From a bacterium (lineage in GTDB: Bacteria > Zhuqueibacterota > Zhuqueibacteria > Oceanimicrobiales > Oceanimicrobiaceae), in the NCBI GenBank assembly GCA_037446635.1, contig JBBIIG010000014.1, forward strand, positions 16,294 through 80,293: DNA of 64,000 nucleotides, read 5' to 3'. The translations under genes were made by a program, and so were the position numbers. Within the stretch, counting starts at the first letter, position 1; each line of letters opens with the position of its first letter. A model generated the notes under the pieces. The model was not told where the DNA came from. It was given only the letters and a program-made list of their open reading frames with translations, and searched no databases. This document shows positions 20,393-29,998 of this stretch, piece after piece.

Positions 20393-20916
20393 ATGAATCC
20401 GCGCGCAAAAACCCATACGAGCCGACTATCAACCCAGTTTGTTTTTGGAATTCTGTTCGTGGCCGGCGTCGCCATCGGCCAGCCTCCGACCGGTTTGACT
20501 TTCAAAGAAACGCGTCAATTGTTTCCATGGGCGGATATGTTTAAACCCATCAAGGATATCAATGAGACGACGAAGATTGCCGAAGTTTGGGATACCGACG
20601 ACCCCATCGAATTGCTTGGTTGGGCGATCGTGAAGGAGATGGCTTACGAGGACCGCGAATTCTCACTCGTCTTAGGCATCAAAAAACAAGATCGCGCGAT
20701 TTCAAAAATCATGATCTCCCACAGGACTTCCTCGCGCAATTCGAGGGCCGAAGCTTGCGCCATAGTTTTGAGATTGTTAAAACGCCGGAGGACGAAATGT
20801 TCTTGCCCCGAAAAGTCAGGCCAATCCGGGATCGCATTGAGCTTTCCGAGGAAATTGCCAAGAGCGTGGAAGAGGTGCTTTCCCTGTTTCAGAAAATGAG
20901 CGAAAACGTCAACTGA
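20393..20916 (+). pseudogene. membrane-anchored hypothetical protein split by a -1 frameshift in an A5 run (about 20703-20707)
   Basis: ORF 20393..20899 (frame 2) and 20587..20916 (frame 1) overlap. Inserting one A gives a continuous protein of about 175 aa: '...GIKKQDRAISKNHDLPQDFLAQFEGRSLRHSFEIVKTPEDEMFL...SENVN'. N-terminal TM helix. The function is unknown, though 'FLAQFEGRSL' weakly resembles an FMN-binding domain. Confidence 0.45.
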
Positions 20917-20985
20917 AGATTTGCTAACTCACTCAAATAACCTAATCGAATGACTAATCCTAAACCAGAAGGAGAGGAGGTCTAA

Positions 20986-22647
20986 ATGAAGCGTTGGACA
21001 TTTGTTTTGTTAATCCTGTTATTTCCGGCTGTGCTTGCCGCACAAGGCGTCGTGCAGGTGTTTGATGCGGATATAGTTGGGGATGTGCTTTGGACTAAGA
21101 ACAACACCTACGTTTTGAACGGTTTGGTATTCGTGGAGGACGGCGAGACCTTGACCATCGAAGCTGGCACGGTGGTGAAAGGGAAGCCGGGGCAAGCGGA
21201 GGCGGCGAGTGCGTTAATTGTGGCGCGCGGCGGGAAGATTTTTGCGGAGGGCACGCCGACGCAGCCGATAATTTTCACCGCGGAGGCGGACGACGTGACA
21301 GACCCGAACGATTTGCCGGCGAACACGCGCGGCTTGTGGGGCGGCGTGATTATCTTGGGCCGCGCGGTGATCAACGTGGCAGGCGGGGAGCAGGACATCG
21401 AAGGCATTCCGGTGACGGAGCCGCGGGGGGTTTATGGCGGCACGGACGACGATGACAACAGCGGAGTTTTTCGGTACGTATCGATTCGCTACGGCGGCAC
21501 CAACATCGGGGCCAACAACGAGATCAACGGCTTGACGATGGGCGCGGTGGGGCGCGGGACGACAATTGAATTTGTAGAAGTGTTCAACAACGCGGACGAC
21601 GGCTACGAGTGGTTTGGGGGGACGGTGAACACGCGTTATTTAGTGAGCGCCTTCAACGATGACGACGGTTTTGATTATGATGAAGGGTGGCGCGGCCACA
21701 ACCAATTCTGGTTTTTGATTCAGGCGGAAGACGCCGGCGGTTCGGGCGGTGAGCATGACGGCGGCACGACGCCGGAGGATGGCTTGCCGTTTGCGATCCC
21801 GTTGATTTACAATGCGACGTATATTGGCAGCGGCGCCAGTTCAGCTAACACGCGCAGTGACTTTGCTTTGAACATTCGGGACAACGCGGGCGGGAAGTAT
21901 TACAACAGTATTTTCACGGATTTCTTTGGGCGGGCGGTTCAGATTGAAGATTTGGCGAGTGGGGAAGACAGTCGGGCGCGTTTGGACGCCGGCGATTTGG
22001 TGCTGCAAAACAACATTTGGTTTGGGTTTGGCGCCGGCAGCGCGACCACGGATTTGTTTGCGCAGGATTTCGTGCATACATACATGACCGACGCTGCCAA
22101 CAACAATCGCTTCGTCGATCCCATGCTGAATGGCGTCAGCCGCGCCGCCGATGCCGGCCTTGATCCACGTCCCGATGATGCAAGTCCAGCGTTGAGCGGA
22201 TTCGTTCAGCCGCCGACTGACGGTTTTTTTGCGCCCGTCGATTATGTCGGAGCGTTTGGCGACCAAAACTGGGCAGCCGACTGGACGTTCCTTTCAGAGG
22301 CCGGCTATCTGACGACCGCTGGCGCCCGTACGCCCAACGTGGTCACTTCAGTGGAGGAAGAGCGAATTCCAAACGTTCAGCCCACCAGATTTACGCTCAG
22401 CCAGAATTATCCGAATCCGTTCAACCCGACCACCAACATCAACTATGATTTGGTAACGACTACCCAGGTTCGGTTGACGGTGTACAACCTGCGCGGCCAG
22501 AAAGTCGCCACGCTAGTGGATGGTGTGCGCCCTGCTGGCAGCTACACCGTTACCTGGGATGCCGCAAATCTTTCGAGCGGAATATACATCTACCGTTTGG
22601 AAGCTGGCAAAAATGCCGTCTCGCGTATGATGACGCTTTTGAAGTAA
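20986..22647 (+). CDS. secreted T9SS cargo protein (C-terminal Por sorting domain), Gly/Asp-rich
   Basis: Signal peptide. The C-terminal ~80 aa ('FTLSQNYPNPFNPTTNINYDLVTTTQVRLTVYNLRGQKVATLVDGVRPAGSYTVTWDAANLSSGIYIYRLEAGKNAVSRMMTLLK') carry the T9SS type-A sorting-domain signature. AGGAGG RBS. Confidence 0.8.
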   Translation: MKRWTFVLLILLFPAVLAAQGVVQVFDADIVGDVLWTKNNTYVLNGLVFVEDGETLTIEAGTVVKGKPGQAEAASALIVARGGKIFAEGTPTQPIIFTAEADDVTDPNDLPANTRGLWGGVIILGRAVINVAGGEQDIEGIPVTEPRGVYGGTDDDDNSGVFRYVSIRYGGTNIGANNEINGLTMGAVGRGTTIEFVEVFNNADDGYEWFGGTVNTRYLVSAFNDDDGFDYDEGWRGHNQFWFLIQAEDAGGSGGEHDGGTTPEDGLPFAIPLIYNATYIGSGASSANTRSDFALNIRDNAGGKYYNSIFTDFFGRAVQIEDLASGEDSRARLDAGDLVLQNNIWFGFGAGSATTDLFAQDFVHTYMTDAANNNRFVDPMLNGVSRAADAGLDPRPDDASPALSGFVQPPTDGFFAPVDYVGAFGDQNWAADWTFLSEAGYLTTAGARTPNVVTSVEEERIPNVQPTRFTLSQNYPNPFNPTTNINYDLVTTTQVRLTVYNLRGQKVATLVDGVRPAGSYTVTWDAANLSSGIYIYRLEAGKNAVSRMMTLLK

Positions 22648-22658
22648 CAGTCGACGAC

Positions 22659-22897
22659 TTGCCACGCACTTCAAAAGTGCGTGGCACGTTTTGAGTAACC
22701 TGGAATTGCCTGGCACTTTAAAAGTGCCAGGCAATTTTAATCCCGTGCCATGCCCTTCAAAAGTGCCTGGCAAGTGTATAACCAAAAACTCCCTTCACTC
22801 TCGAACCTTTCCTCGAGTCAGGCGCTGGGCTAAGTTAGCCGGCGCCTGTTTTATTTTGAAGTGCACAAGTGCCAGGCACTTTCAAAGTGCCTGGCAC
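22659..22897. repeat. four tandem copies of a 28-29-nt palindromic REP-like element (TGCCAGGCACTTnAAAAGTGCCTGGCA family) with an embedded hairpin+T-tract terminator (about 22828-22860)
   Basis: Copies at 22659-22687, 22707-22734, 22745-22772 and 22869-22897. Each is a 9-bp stem around a TTYAAAA loop. Additional copies lie at 32757-32785 and 40788-40816. Confidence 0.75.
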
Positions 22898-22986
22898 TTT
22901 GTCTCCCCGGCTTTTCTGTTGCATTTCAGGACGATTTGTTTTAAAATTCAACAAAATTCAACAAACAATTTTAGCCGCGATGACTC

Positions 22987-23979
22987 ATGAAACCACAACC
23001 GCAGAAGCTAGCGTTCGTCTACTTCGTTCTGGTTATTTGTGGCTGTCTCAACGACGCCGACCGCAACAACCCGCTCGATCCCGCTTCTCCAAATTTTAAA
23101 AACACCGGGGGCATTTCCGGGCAAACACTTAGTTTTTACTCGCCGTTTTCTCCTATCGCCGATGTGGAAGTTCGTTTAGACCCCGGCCCGCTGTTGACGA
23201 CCAGCGACGCTCAAGGCCGATTTAGTTTTGCAAATTTACTCGCGGCGGCCTACCAGATTCGCGCCTCCAAAGATGGGTATGCCGCAGTTTTCGACACGGT
23301 CGAAGTTCCGCTGCAGCAACTGGCACAAATAAGTTTGAATCTGGACGCCTTGCCCGTGATCACGAACCCCCGCGTCAGCTCCAGCCACATCAGCCGCTGG
23401 TGGCCGCAGACCGATTTGTATTTGCTCGCGGCCAACGTTCGAGTGGAGGATTTAGACGGCGTCAACGACATCGCCACCATCGAGTTGCTGATTCCGGATT
23501 TGAGTTTCGTCGATACGTTGTCGATGACGGCCGCGCCGGGAGTGTTTCAGATTCAGGTTCTGGAATCGCAGTTGCCGGGGCGCAACTTGCAGGAGGTGTT
23601 GGGACGAGAGATTTTGATTCGCGCCAAAGATCGCGCAGGCTTCAACAGCACGTCGGCGCCGCAGTTCATCGCCCGCATTATTGAGGAGGTGCCAATAACG
23701 TTATCTCCGCAGGGATTAGAAACCGTTGCCACCGCCAATCCCACTTTGCAGTGGCAGGCACTGAACCAGCCCTATCGCTTCACGTATCGCGTTGAGTTGT
23801 ATCGCGTGGATTTTGGCATTAACAATCTGGTTTGGCAACGTGGCGAGATTGATCGCGCTACCACAGAAATCATCGTCCCGGAAAATCTGACTCCCGGAAC
23901 TTATTTCTGGACTATCGCCGTAGTTGATGAATTTGGCAACCTGAGCCGCTCGAAAGAGGCCTCGTTTCAAGTGAATTAA
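22987..23979 (+). CDS. hypothetical lipoprotein with beta-sandwich (CarboxypepD_reg/Ig-like) domains
   Basis: Lipobox VICGC. 'DVEVRLDPGPLLTTSDAQGRFSFANL' is a CarboxypepD_reg-like region. No catalytic motif. Confidence 0.55.
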   Translation: MKPQPQKLAFVYFVLVICGCLNDADRNNPLDPASPNFKNTGGISGQTLSFYSPFSPIADVEVRLDPGPLLTTSDAQGRFSFANLLAAAYQIRASKDGYAAVFDTVEVPLQQLAQISLNLDALPVITNPRVSSSHISRWWPQTDLYLLAANVRVEDLDGVNDIATIELLIPDLSFVDTLSMTAAPGVFQIQVLESQLPGRNLQEVLGREILIRAKDRAGFNSTSAPQFIARIIEEVPITLSPQGLETVATANPTLQWQALNQPYRFTYRVELYRVDFGINNLVWQRGEIDRATTEIIVPENLTPGTYFWTIAVVDEFGNLSRSKEASFQVN

Positions 23980-24059
23980 CCGGAGTAAAACGCTTAAGCG
24001 TTTCACTCCGAAGTCTATAGGGGCGTATGACTATACGCCCCTGCGAAGTGAACCACCAA

Positions 24060-25547
24060 ATGCAAATCAAATCCAACAACTCGCGCTCTTCCCTCGAAGC
24101 CCTTTCCGAAATCGCGCAGGTGATCAACACCATTCAGGAGATCGATCCCCTGCTCGAAAAAGTTTTGGAGATCGCAATGGCCACGCTGGAAGCGGAGCGC
24201 GGATTCGTGCTGCTAAAATCTGCCGCGGCGCCGCAGGGTTTCGAAATCCGCAGCAGCCGCAATTTCGCCGAAACGCAGATTTCCGATCTCACCCGCATTT
24301 CCACCAGCGTGGTGCAAGCGGTGCTGAGCGCCGGCGAACCGTTGCTGGTTTATGAAGCGCAGACCGATCCCAAATTCCGCGAGACCGAGAGCGTGGTGCT
24401 GCAAAAAATCCAGTCCATTGCCTGTGTGCCGCTGCGGCTGAAAGCCAAACAGATCGGCGCCATTTATCTCGACAGCCTCACCCGCCGCAGCAAATTCACG
24501 CAGGACAGCCTGCCGTTTCTGACGGCGTTCGCCAATCAGGCCGCCATCGCCATTGAAAATGCCAAGCTCTATCACGCCCTGCGGGATGAAAATCGCCGGC
24601 TGCGCTCTGAGGTGCAGCGGCTGCACGGTTTCAAAGAGATCATCGGGCAGAGCCCGAAGATGCGCGCGGTGTTCGACATGCTGAGCCGGGTAGTGGAGTC
24701 CGATGCCACCGTGCTCATCGAAGGCGAGAGCGGCACCGGCAAAGAACTGATCGCCCGCGCGCTGCATTACAACGGGCCGCGCAAAGACCAGCCGTTCATG
24801 GCGCTGTTTTGCGGCTCGCTGCCGGACTCGCTGTTGGAAAGCGAGCTCTTCGGCCACAAAAAGGGCGCGTTCACCGGCGCGGTTTCGGACAAACGCGGAC
24901 TTTTTGAAGCGGCGGACGGCGGCACGTTTTTTCTCGATGAAATCGGCGATCTCAGCCCGCAAATTCAAACCAAGCTGTTGCGCGTTTTGCAGGAGGGCGA
25001 AATCAAACGCGTGGGCGAAAATCAAATTCGCAAAGTGGACGTGCGCATCGTCTCCGCTACCAACAAAGTGCTCAAAGATTTGGTGAAAGCCGGCAGCTTT
25101 CGCGAAGACTTGTTTTATCGCCTCAACACCATCAACATCGTGTTGCCGCCGCTGCGCCAGCGCAAAAGCGACATCCCGCTTTTAGCGCATCACTTTCTCG
25201 ACAAGTATGCCGCCAAGAAAAAAAATCACATCAAAGGATTCGACAAATCCGCGCTCGAGGCGTTGACGAATTATTTGTGGCCCGGCAACGTGCGCGAGCT
25301 GGAAAACACGATCGAACGCGCGGTGGTGATGGCGCGCGGTGAGTTTATCACCGTCGCGGATTTGCAACTGCCGAAAAATGAGCCCGCGGCAGAAATCGAA
25401 TCCGGTTTAACTCTGGAAGAAGTCGAAAAGCGGTTGGTGCAAAAAACATTGCTGGATCAAAACCATAATATCTCCGAAACCGCGCGCGTGCTGGGCGTGT
25501 CGCGGCGCTGGCTGCATTATAAAATCAAAGAATGGAATATTTCGTGA
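24060..25547 (+). CDS. sigma-54-dependent transcriptional activator (GAF + AAA+ + Fis HTH), paralogue of 8063..9613
   Basis: GESGTGKE, '[15 protein letters not shown]' and a C-terminal HTH ('[22 protein letters not shown]'). The longest ORF starts at 24027, but that ATG lies inside a conserved intergenic hairpin, so Met 24060 (MQIKS) is preferred. Confidence 0.8.
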   Translation: MQIKSNNSRSSLEALSEIAQVINTIQEIDPLLEKVLEIAMATLEAERGFVLLKSAAAPQGFEIRSSRNFAETQISDLTRISTSVVQAVLSAGEPLLVYEAQTDPKFRETESVVLQKIQSIACVPLRLKAKQIGAIYLDSLTRRSKFTQDSLPFLTAFANQAAIAIENAKLYHALRDENRRLRSEVQRLHGFKEIIGQSPKMRAVFDMLSRVVESDATVLIEGESGTGKELIARALHYNGPRKDQPFMALFCGSLPDSLLESELFGHKKGAFTGAVSDKRGLFEAADGGTFFLDEIGDLSPQIQTKLLRVLQEGEIKRVGENQIRKVDVRIVSATNKVLKDLVKAGSFREDLFYRLNTINIVLPPLRQRKSDIPLLAHHFLDKYAAKKKNHIKGFDKSALEALTNYLWPGNVRELENTIERAVVMARGEFITVADLQLPKNEPAAEIESGLTLEEVEKRLVQKTLLDQNHNISETARVLGVSRRWLHYKIKEWNIS

Positions 25548-25585
25548 GCAATTCGTAAATCGCTGAGCAAGGTGTTAATTAAGAG

Positions 25586-25830
25586 AATGGAGTATTGGAT
25601 TGATGGAGTAATGGATTAATGCGCCAGCGTTCCCACTCCTTGCCAAGGAGGGGGTTAGGGGGGTCGGTGATCTGATGTGGAGTTGTGGAGTACTGGATTA
25701 ATAGATGACTGCTTTGGGACGATGCGCTCTTCGCTTGACCCGTACGAATGTGCGCTTTTTCATCACTCCACTACTCCATCAATCCATTACTCCAATAATC
25801 CAATAATCCAATAATCCATCAACTCCGTCA
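25586..25830. repeat. about 245-bp MITE-like element bounded by imperfect inverted repeats built from GGAGTAATGGATT / TGGATTAATG words
   Basis: Left arm 'atggagtattggattgatggagtaatggattaatg'. Right arm 'catcaatccattactccaataatccaataatccaataatccatc', which is the reverse complement of the same word set. Related shorter copies lie at 159-236, 3129-3172 and 13545-13645. Confidence 0.6.
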
Positions 25831-25846
25831 TCGAAATTATCAAGAC

Positions 25847-27571
25847 ATGAAGACGACGAAAGAGATCGGGGGAATTCAAATTTTCGCCGAAATCCATTCG
25901 GGCGCCACCACGTTGGTGTTCAAAGGCTATCAGCCGGCGCTCGACCGCATGGTGCTGCTCAAAGTGCTGCGCCCGGAATTTAATCACGACGCCGAACTCA
26001 CCCGGCGCTTCGAGGAGGAGGCGCGCCTCACCGCCAAAATCCAGCATCCGAACGTGGCCGCGATTTACGATTACGGCCGCGCCGGCGACTGGCGCTACTT
26101 CGCCGCCGAATTTGTGGAAGGGTTTAATTTAGGAGAAATCATTCATCAGCGAAAACTGCCGCCGGAATTGGCCGCGTTCATTTTGTTGGAATGTGTGCGC
26201 GGACTGAAAGCCGCTCACGACAAAAAAATTTTGCACCGCGATCTCAAACCTTCGAACATCTTGATTTCCCACGAAGGTCAGGTGAAGCTCACCGACTTCG
26301 GCATGGCTTCGCTGCGGCCAAGCGCAGAGCAGCAACTTGAAGAAAAAATTTCCGGAACGTTAGCCTATCTCGCGCCCGAACAAATTTTGGGAAAGCCTGC
26401 CAGTCCCTCCTCCGATATTTTTTCGCTGGGCGCGACTTTCTTCGAAATGGTGACCGGCGAACCGGCATTTGCCGGTGAAAATCCCGGCAATATATTCGAG
26501 GTAATATTGCATTCAGATCCTTTCGCAAAAATTTCCAGCGCCGCTTTCCCGGAAATATGGCGGCGAATTTGTGCGAAGATGCTGGCAAACGATCCGGCGC
26601 AACGATACAGCGAGTGCTCTGCGCTGATCGCAGACATTGAGGTCGCTGGCGTTTTTGTAAATTCTTCTGACTTGAAAAGTTATTTGTTCGATCCAGTTAG
26701 TTATTTAGAAAAAGTCGTGATCGCCCCGGGTTCCGTTTCCAGGTTTTCGCCGACTGCCACGGAAGGTGCTCGTTCGGGATTTTTCCGCCTGCGCGGGCAG
26801 GCAATTCCGCACGCTACGTTGCGCCGAGTCTGGCCGGCAGCCGCGGCGATAATCCTTATCGTTATGGCTGCGGCTATTGGGTTTTCATTTTTGCAAAAGA
26901 AAGAAAAACTAGCTTTGCGCGAAGAGCAGCAGGCAGCATTTTTATCACCATCAGACTCAAACGCCATTCAAAATAATCAATCAAAATTTGTTGATGAGCC
27001 GAAGCCAACCACAACCGTCGCAGCACGCGAAGCTGAAATTAATGCGCCAGCGCAACCGCAGCCAGGGCAAATGATGATTGGGATTGAAAAAGACGCAACC
27101 CCATCAGCCCAAATTCCGGCCGAACATCCGGCGCCGGAGTTTGGCTATTTGACTATCATCTGCACGCCGTGGGCAGCGGTTTTTGTCAACGGCGATTCGC
27201 TCACCACGACGCCGCTGCGCTCGCCGATAAAATTACCGCTCGGCCGCCATGAGTTGATTTTGCGAAATCCGCAATTTCCAGAATTCAAGCAGTGGATCGA
27301 ATTAAGTGAGGAAAATACGACGATCGAAATTTCGCTGTGGAGTCTGGTCGGCACGCTCAAATTAGAAGTGAGTCCGTGGGCGGAAGTTTATGTCGATGGC
27401 CAATACCAAGACACGGTGCCGCCGCAGCGGCGGCCGCTGATTTTGTCGCCGGGCCAGCACGTGCTCATGCTCAAACATCCGCAATTAGGCGCGTGGGAGA
27501 CGCCTATTGAGATCGCCGCCGGCAAAAATTTGGAGATGAAATTTAATCTTCAAACCCTGCTGTCAAAATAG
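25847..27571 (+). CDS. Ser/Thr protein kinase with transmembrane segment and C-terminal PEGA-like beta-sandwich domains
   Basis: Hanks kinase motifs 'HRDLKPSNIL', 'DFGMA' and 'APE'. A TM helix (AAAIILIVMAAAIGF) follows. Two C-terminal repeats ('LTIICTPWAAVFVNGDSL', 'LKLEVSPWAEVYVDGQYQ') match PEGA domains. Confidence 0.8.
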   Translation: MKTTKEIGGIQIFAEIHSGATTLVFKGYQPALDRMVLLKVLRPEFNHDAELTRRFEEEARLTAKIQHPNVAAIYDYGRAGDWRYFAAEFVEGFNLGEIIHQRKLPPELAAFILLECVRGLKAAHDKKILHRDLKPSNILISHEGQVKLTDFGMASLRPSAEQQLEEKISGTLAYLAPEQILGKPASPSSDIFSLGATFFEMVTGEPAFAGENPGNIFEVILHSDPFAKISSAAFPEIWRRICAKMLANDPAQRYSECSALIADIEVAGVFVNSSDLKSYLFDPVSYLEKVVIAPGSVSRFSPTATEGARSGFFRLRGQAIPHATLRRVWPAAAAIILIVMAAAIGFSFLQKKEKLALREEQQAAFLSPSDSNAIQNNQSKFVDEPKPTTTVAAREAEINAPAQPQPGQMMIGIEKDATPSAQIPAEHPAPEFGYLTIICTPWAAVFVNGDSLTTTPLRSPIKLPLGRHELILRNPQFPEFKQWIELSEENTTIEISLWSLVGTLKLEVSPWAEVYVDGQYQDTVPPQRRPLILSPGQHVLMLKHPQLGAWETPIEIAAGKNLEMKFNLQTLLSK

Positions 27572-27659
27572 TGGAACGCCATTTGCCTTTTTCATGGCCG
27601 GTTTGGCTCGGACCATTCATCAGCGGGAAAAATTTGCACAATAAACTGGAATTTTCAAC

Positions 27660-28910
27660 ATGAAACAGATCGTCTTTTTTTTGATTGTGCTTGGTTGGTT
27701 GGTGTGGGTTGAGGACATCTCGGCGCAAGCCGGCTGGATTTTCAAAACGCCGATGCCCACGGCGCGCGCCGGCATTTGCGCCGCGGTGCTCGACGGCAAA
27801 GTCTATGTGATGGGCGGCCGCAGCAGCAGCGGCCAGGTGCTCGATTTGGTGGAGCGATACGACCCGCAAAACGACCGTTGGGAAAGTTCGCCGCGTTTGC
27901 GGGATGGGCGCGAGAACGCCGCGGCGGTGGTTTATGATGGCACCATCTTTGTGCTCGGCGGCCGCGATCACGAAGGAGAAGTCATAAAGAAGGTAGAATT
28001 TTTTAATCACAATAGAAATGAATGGGAGGGCTTTGATGATATGTTAGAAAAGCGGGAGGGGCTCGGCGCCGTAGTGGTGAATGGTCTTCTGTATGCCGTG
28101 GGCGGTGGCGATGAACACGAAGTGTTGTTGGATGGCGTGGAATTTTTTGATCCAAGCCAGCGGAAATGGATTAAAGCGAATGACTGGCAGCTGATTTTGC
28201 CGGCGGCATCGCTGGTCGCGGTGGCGGTGCGGGATTCCGCCTTCACCATCGGCGGATTTGGGGGCGTGTTGGGACCGCTGAATATTGTGCAGCGGTACTA
28301 CGCCGGCTTGGAAACGGCGGTGCGTGCCTCCCTGCTGATTGGGCGCGGGGGGTCGGCTGTCGTCGCCCGCGGCGACTCCATTTTCGTTTTGGGAGGAAGC
28401 GGATTGTTGGGCACGTTAAATTCCGTTGAGGTGTTCATCCCGAAATTCAATCGCTGGGAAAGCTTCTCATCTCTGCAAACCGCCCGCGAGAACTTCGCCG
28501 CGGTGGCGGTGGATCACACGCTGTTCGTCTTTGGCGGCCGCGGCGCCAACGGCCACGCCCTCAACTCCGTGGAAGCGTATGAGCTCGTGACCGCGGTGGA
28601 AGACGAGCCGCCGATTTTGCCGCTCGGTTTTGCGCTGGAGCAAAACTATCCCAATCCCTTCAATGCTGGCACGAAGATCGTTTTTCGTGTTCCAGCCTCT
28701 AACAGTACGGCGGCGATTCGATTAGAGATTTTTAATGTGCGCGGCGCGCGCGTGGCAACTTTGGTCGATGGGCCGCGGCTGCCAGGCGAGTACGAAGTGT
28801 TTTGGGACGGCGCTGATTTTCAAAAGCGGCCGGTTGCCAGCGGAATTTATGTGTACATATTAGAAATGGGCGGACAACGCATCGCCAAAAAAATGATCCT
28901 GAGCCGATGA
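27660..28910 (+). CDS. Kelch-repeat beta-propeller protein with T9SS C-terminal sorting domain
   Basis: Repeated 'YVMGG / FVLGG / YAVGG / FVFGG' Kelch blades. C-terminal 'FALEQNYPNPFNAGTKIVFRV...IYVYILEMGGQRIAKKMILSR' is the T9SS sorting domain. Confidence 0.75.
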   Translation: MKQIVFFLIVLGWLVWVEDISAQAGWIFKTPMPTARAGICAAVLDGKVYVMGGRSSSGQVLDLVERYDPQNDRWESSPRLRDGRENAAAVVYDGTIFVLGGRDHEGEVIKKVEFFNHNRNEWEGFDDMLEKREGLGAVVVNGLLYAVGGGDEHEVLLDGVEFFDPSQRKWIKANDWQLILPAASLVAVAVRDSAFTIGGFGGVLGPLNIVQRYYAGLETAVRASLLIGRGGSAVVARGDSIFVLGGSGLLGTLNSVEVFIPKFNRWESFSSLQTARENFAAVAVDHTLFVFGGRGANGHALNSVEAYELVTAVEDEPPILPLGFALEQNYPNPFNAGTKIVFRVPASNSTAAIRLEIFNVRGARVATLVDGPRLPGEYEVFWDGADFQKRPVASGIYVYILEMGGQRIAKKMILSR

Positions 28911-29701
28911 AACCTACTATTATTTTTCTGATTCTATTTTTGCAGGCTACCGTTTTTGGACAGGGCGCCGAGCGCGATCTGATTGAAGAAATTCAAACGG
29001 CGTACAATCAATTGAATTACCCGGAAGCGGAAATCAAAGCGCAGGCGGCGCTCAAAGATTTCCAGCGCTTCACTCCCGCCCAGTTGACCGAGATTCACAA
29101 AATTTTAGCTCTCATTTATTTTTCTCAAAACCAAGAAGACGCCGCCCGTTTGCAATTTGAAAATGCGCTGTCGCTCTCGCCGGATTTAAAACTCGACCCG
29201 CTGTTTGTCTCGCCCAAGATCGTGGAGTTTTTTGAGGACATAAAAAAAGCGCGCGCGGCAAAGGTGAATGATGCCGGCGCGCCGCGAGCGGATGTGCGGT
29301 ACGTGCTAGTGCAAGACCCGCGTCCGGCCGCGGCCATGCGCTCGATGATTTTGCCGGGCTGGGGCCAGCTTTATAAAGGCGAGAAAACCAAAGGTCGCGT
29401 GCTGCTCGGACTCTGGAGCGCCGGCGTCATAGGAACCGTCGCCGCACACATTGCCCGCGCCAACGCCGAGGACAAATACCTTGCGGAAACCGATCCCAAT
29501 CGCATCGAATCCCGTTACGACGCCTTCAACCGTTATCACAAGCTGCGCAACAACCTGTTGATTTTCTCCGGCGGCGTCTGGCTCTTCAGCTACCTCGACG
29601 CCATCGTCAAAAAACAAAATCCCAATTATTCCTCTCAAAATTCCGTTCTCATTCTCCCAAATTTCGACAAACCGCAGGTGAGCTTCGTCGTTCGTTTCTA
29701 A
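28907..29701 (+). CDS. TPR-like / DUF5683-like protein, translationally coupled to the Kelch gene
   Basis: ATG overlaps the upstream stop (ATGA). N-terminal TPR-like helices. 'SMILPGWGQLYKGEKTKGRVLLGLWSAGV' resembles the DUF5683 PGxGQ motif, by my recollection of the family. Confidence 0.5.
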   Translation: MKPTIIFLILFLQATVFGQGAERDLIEEIQTAYNQLNYPEAEIKAQAALKDFQRFTPAQLTEIHKILALIYFSQNQEDAARLQFENALSLSPDLKLDPLFVSPKIVEFFEDIKKARAAKVNDAGAPRADVRYVLVQDPRPAAAMRSMILPGWGQLYKGEKTKGRVLLGLWSAGVIGTVAAHIARANAEDKYLAETDPNRIESRYDAFNRYHKLRNNLLIFSGGVWLFSYLDAIVKKQNPNYSSQNSVLILPNFDKPQVSFVVRF

Positions 29702-29998
29702 CCGGAGTGAAACGCTTTAGCGTTGCAGTTTCCCTGTGGAGTGCCAAACTTTAGTTGGCCTACGTCACCTAAAGCTTGACACTCCTCGCCTGCGCAAACT
29801 TTTCTCACGCCATTGCAAACCCTGCGCATACCAATTTTTCAACGACTCAATTGGGCGCGTTAAATCACGAATCGTAAACCATCACAAGATTACCACTTAA
29901 CGCCCCTCGATTGTGACGCGACCGCGCTGGCATCGCCTTTGCGTGATGAACGTCCAAACCAATTCACCCAATTTATTTCAAAAATAGGAGGATTTGTC

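Noticed and set aside
22707-22734. sigma-54 (-24/-12) promoter suggested by TGGCAC inside REP hairpins
   Set aside because: The spacing element is TGGCAC-TTTAA-AAGTGC, not TGGCAC-N5-TTGC. The TGGCAC is simply part of the palindrome stem.
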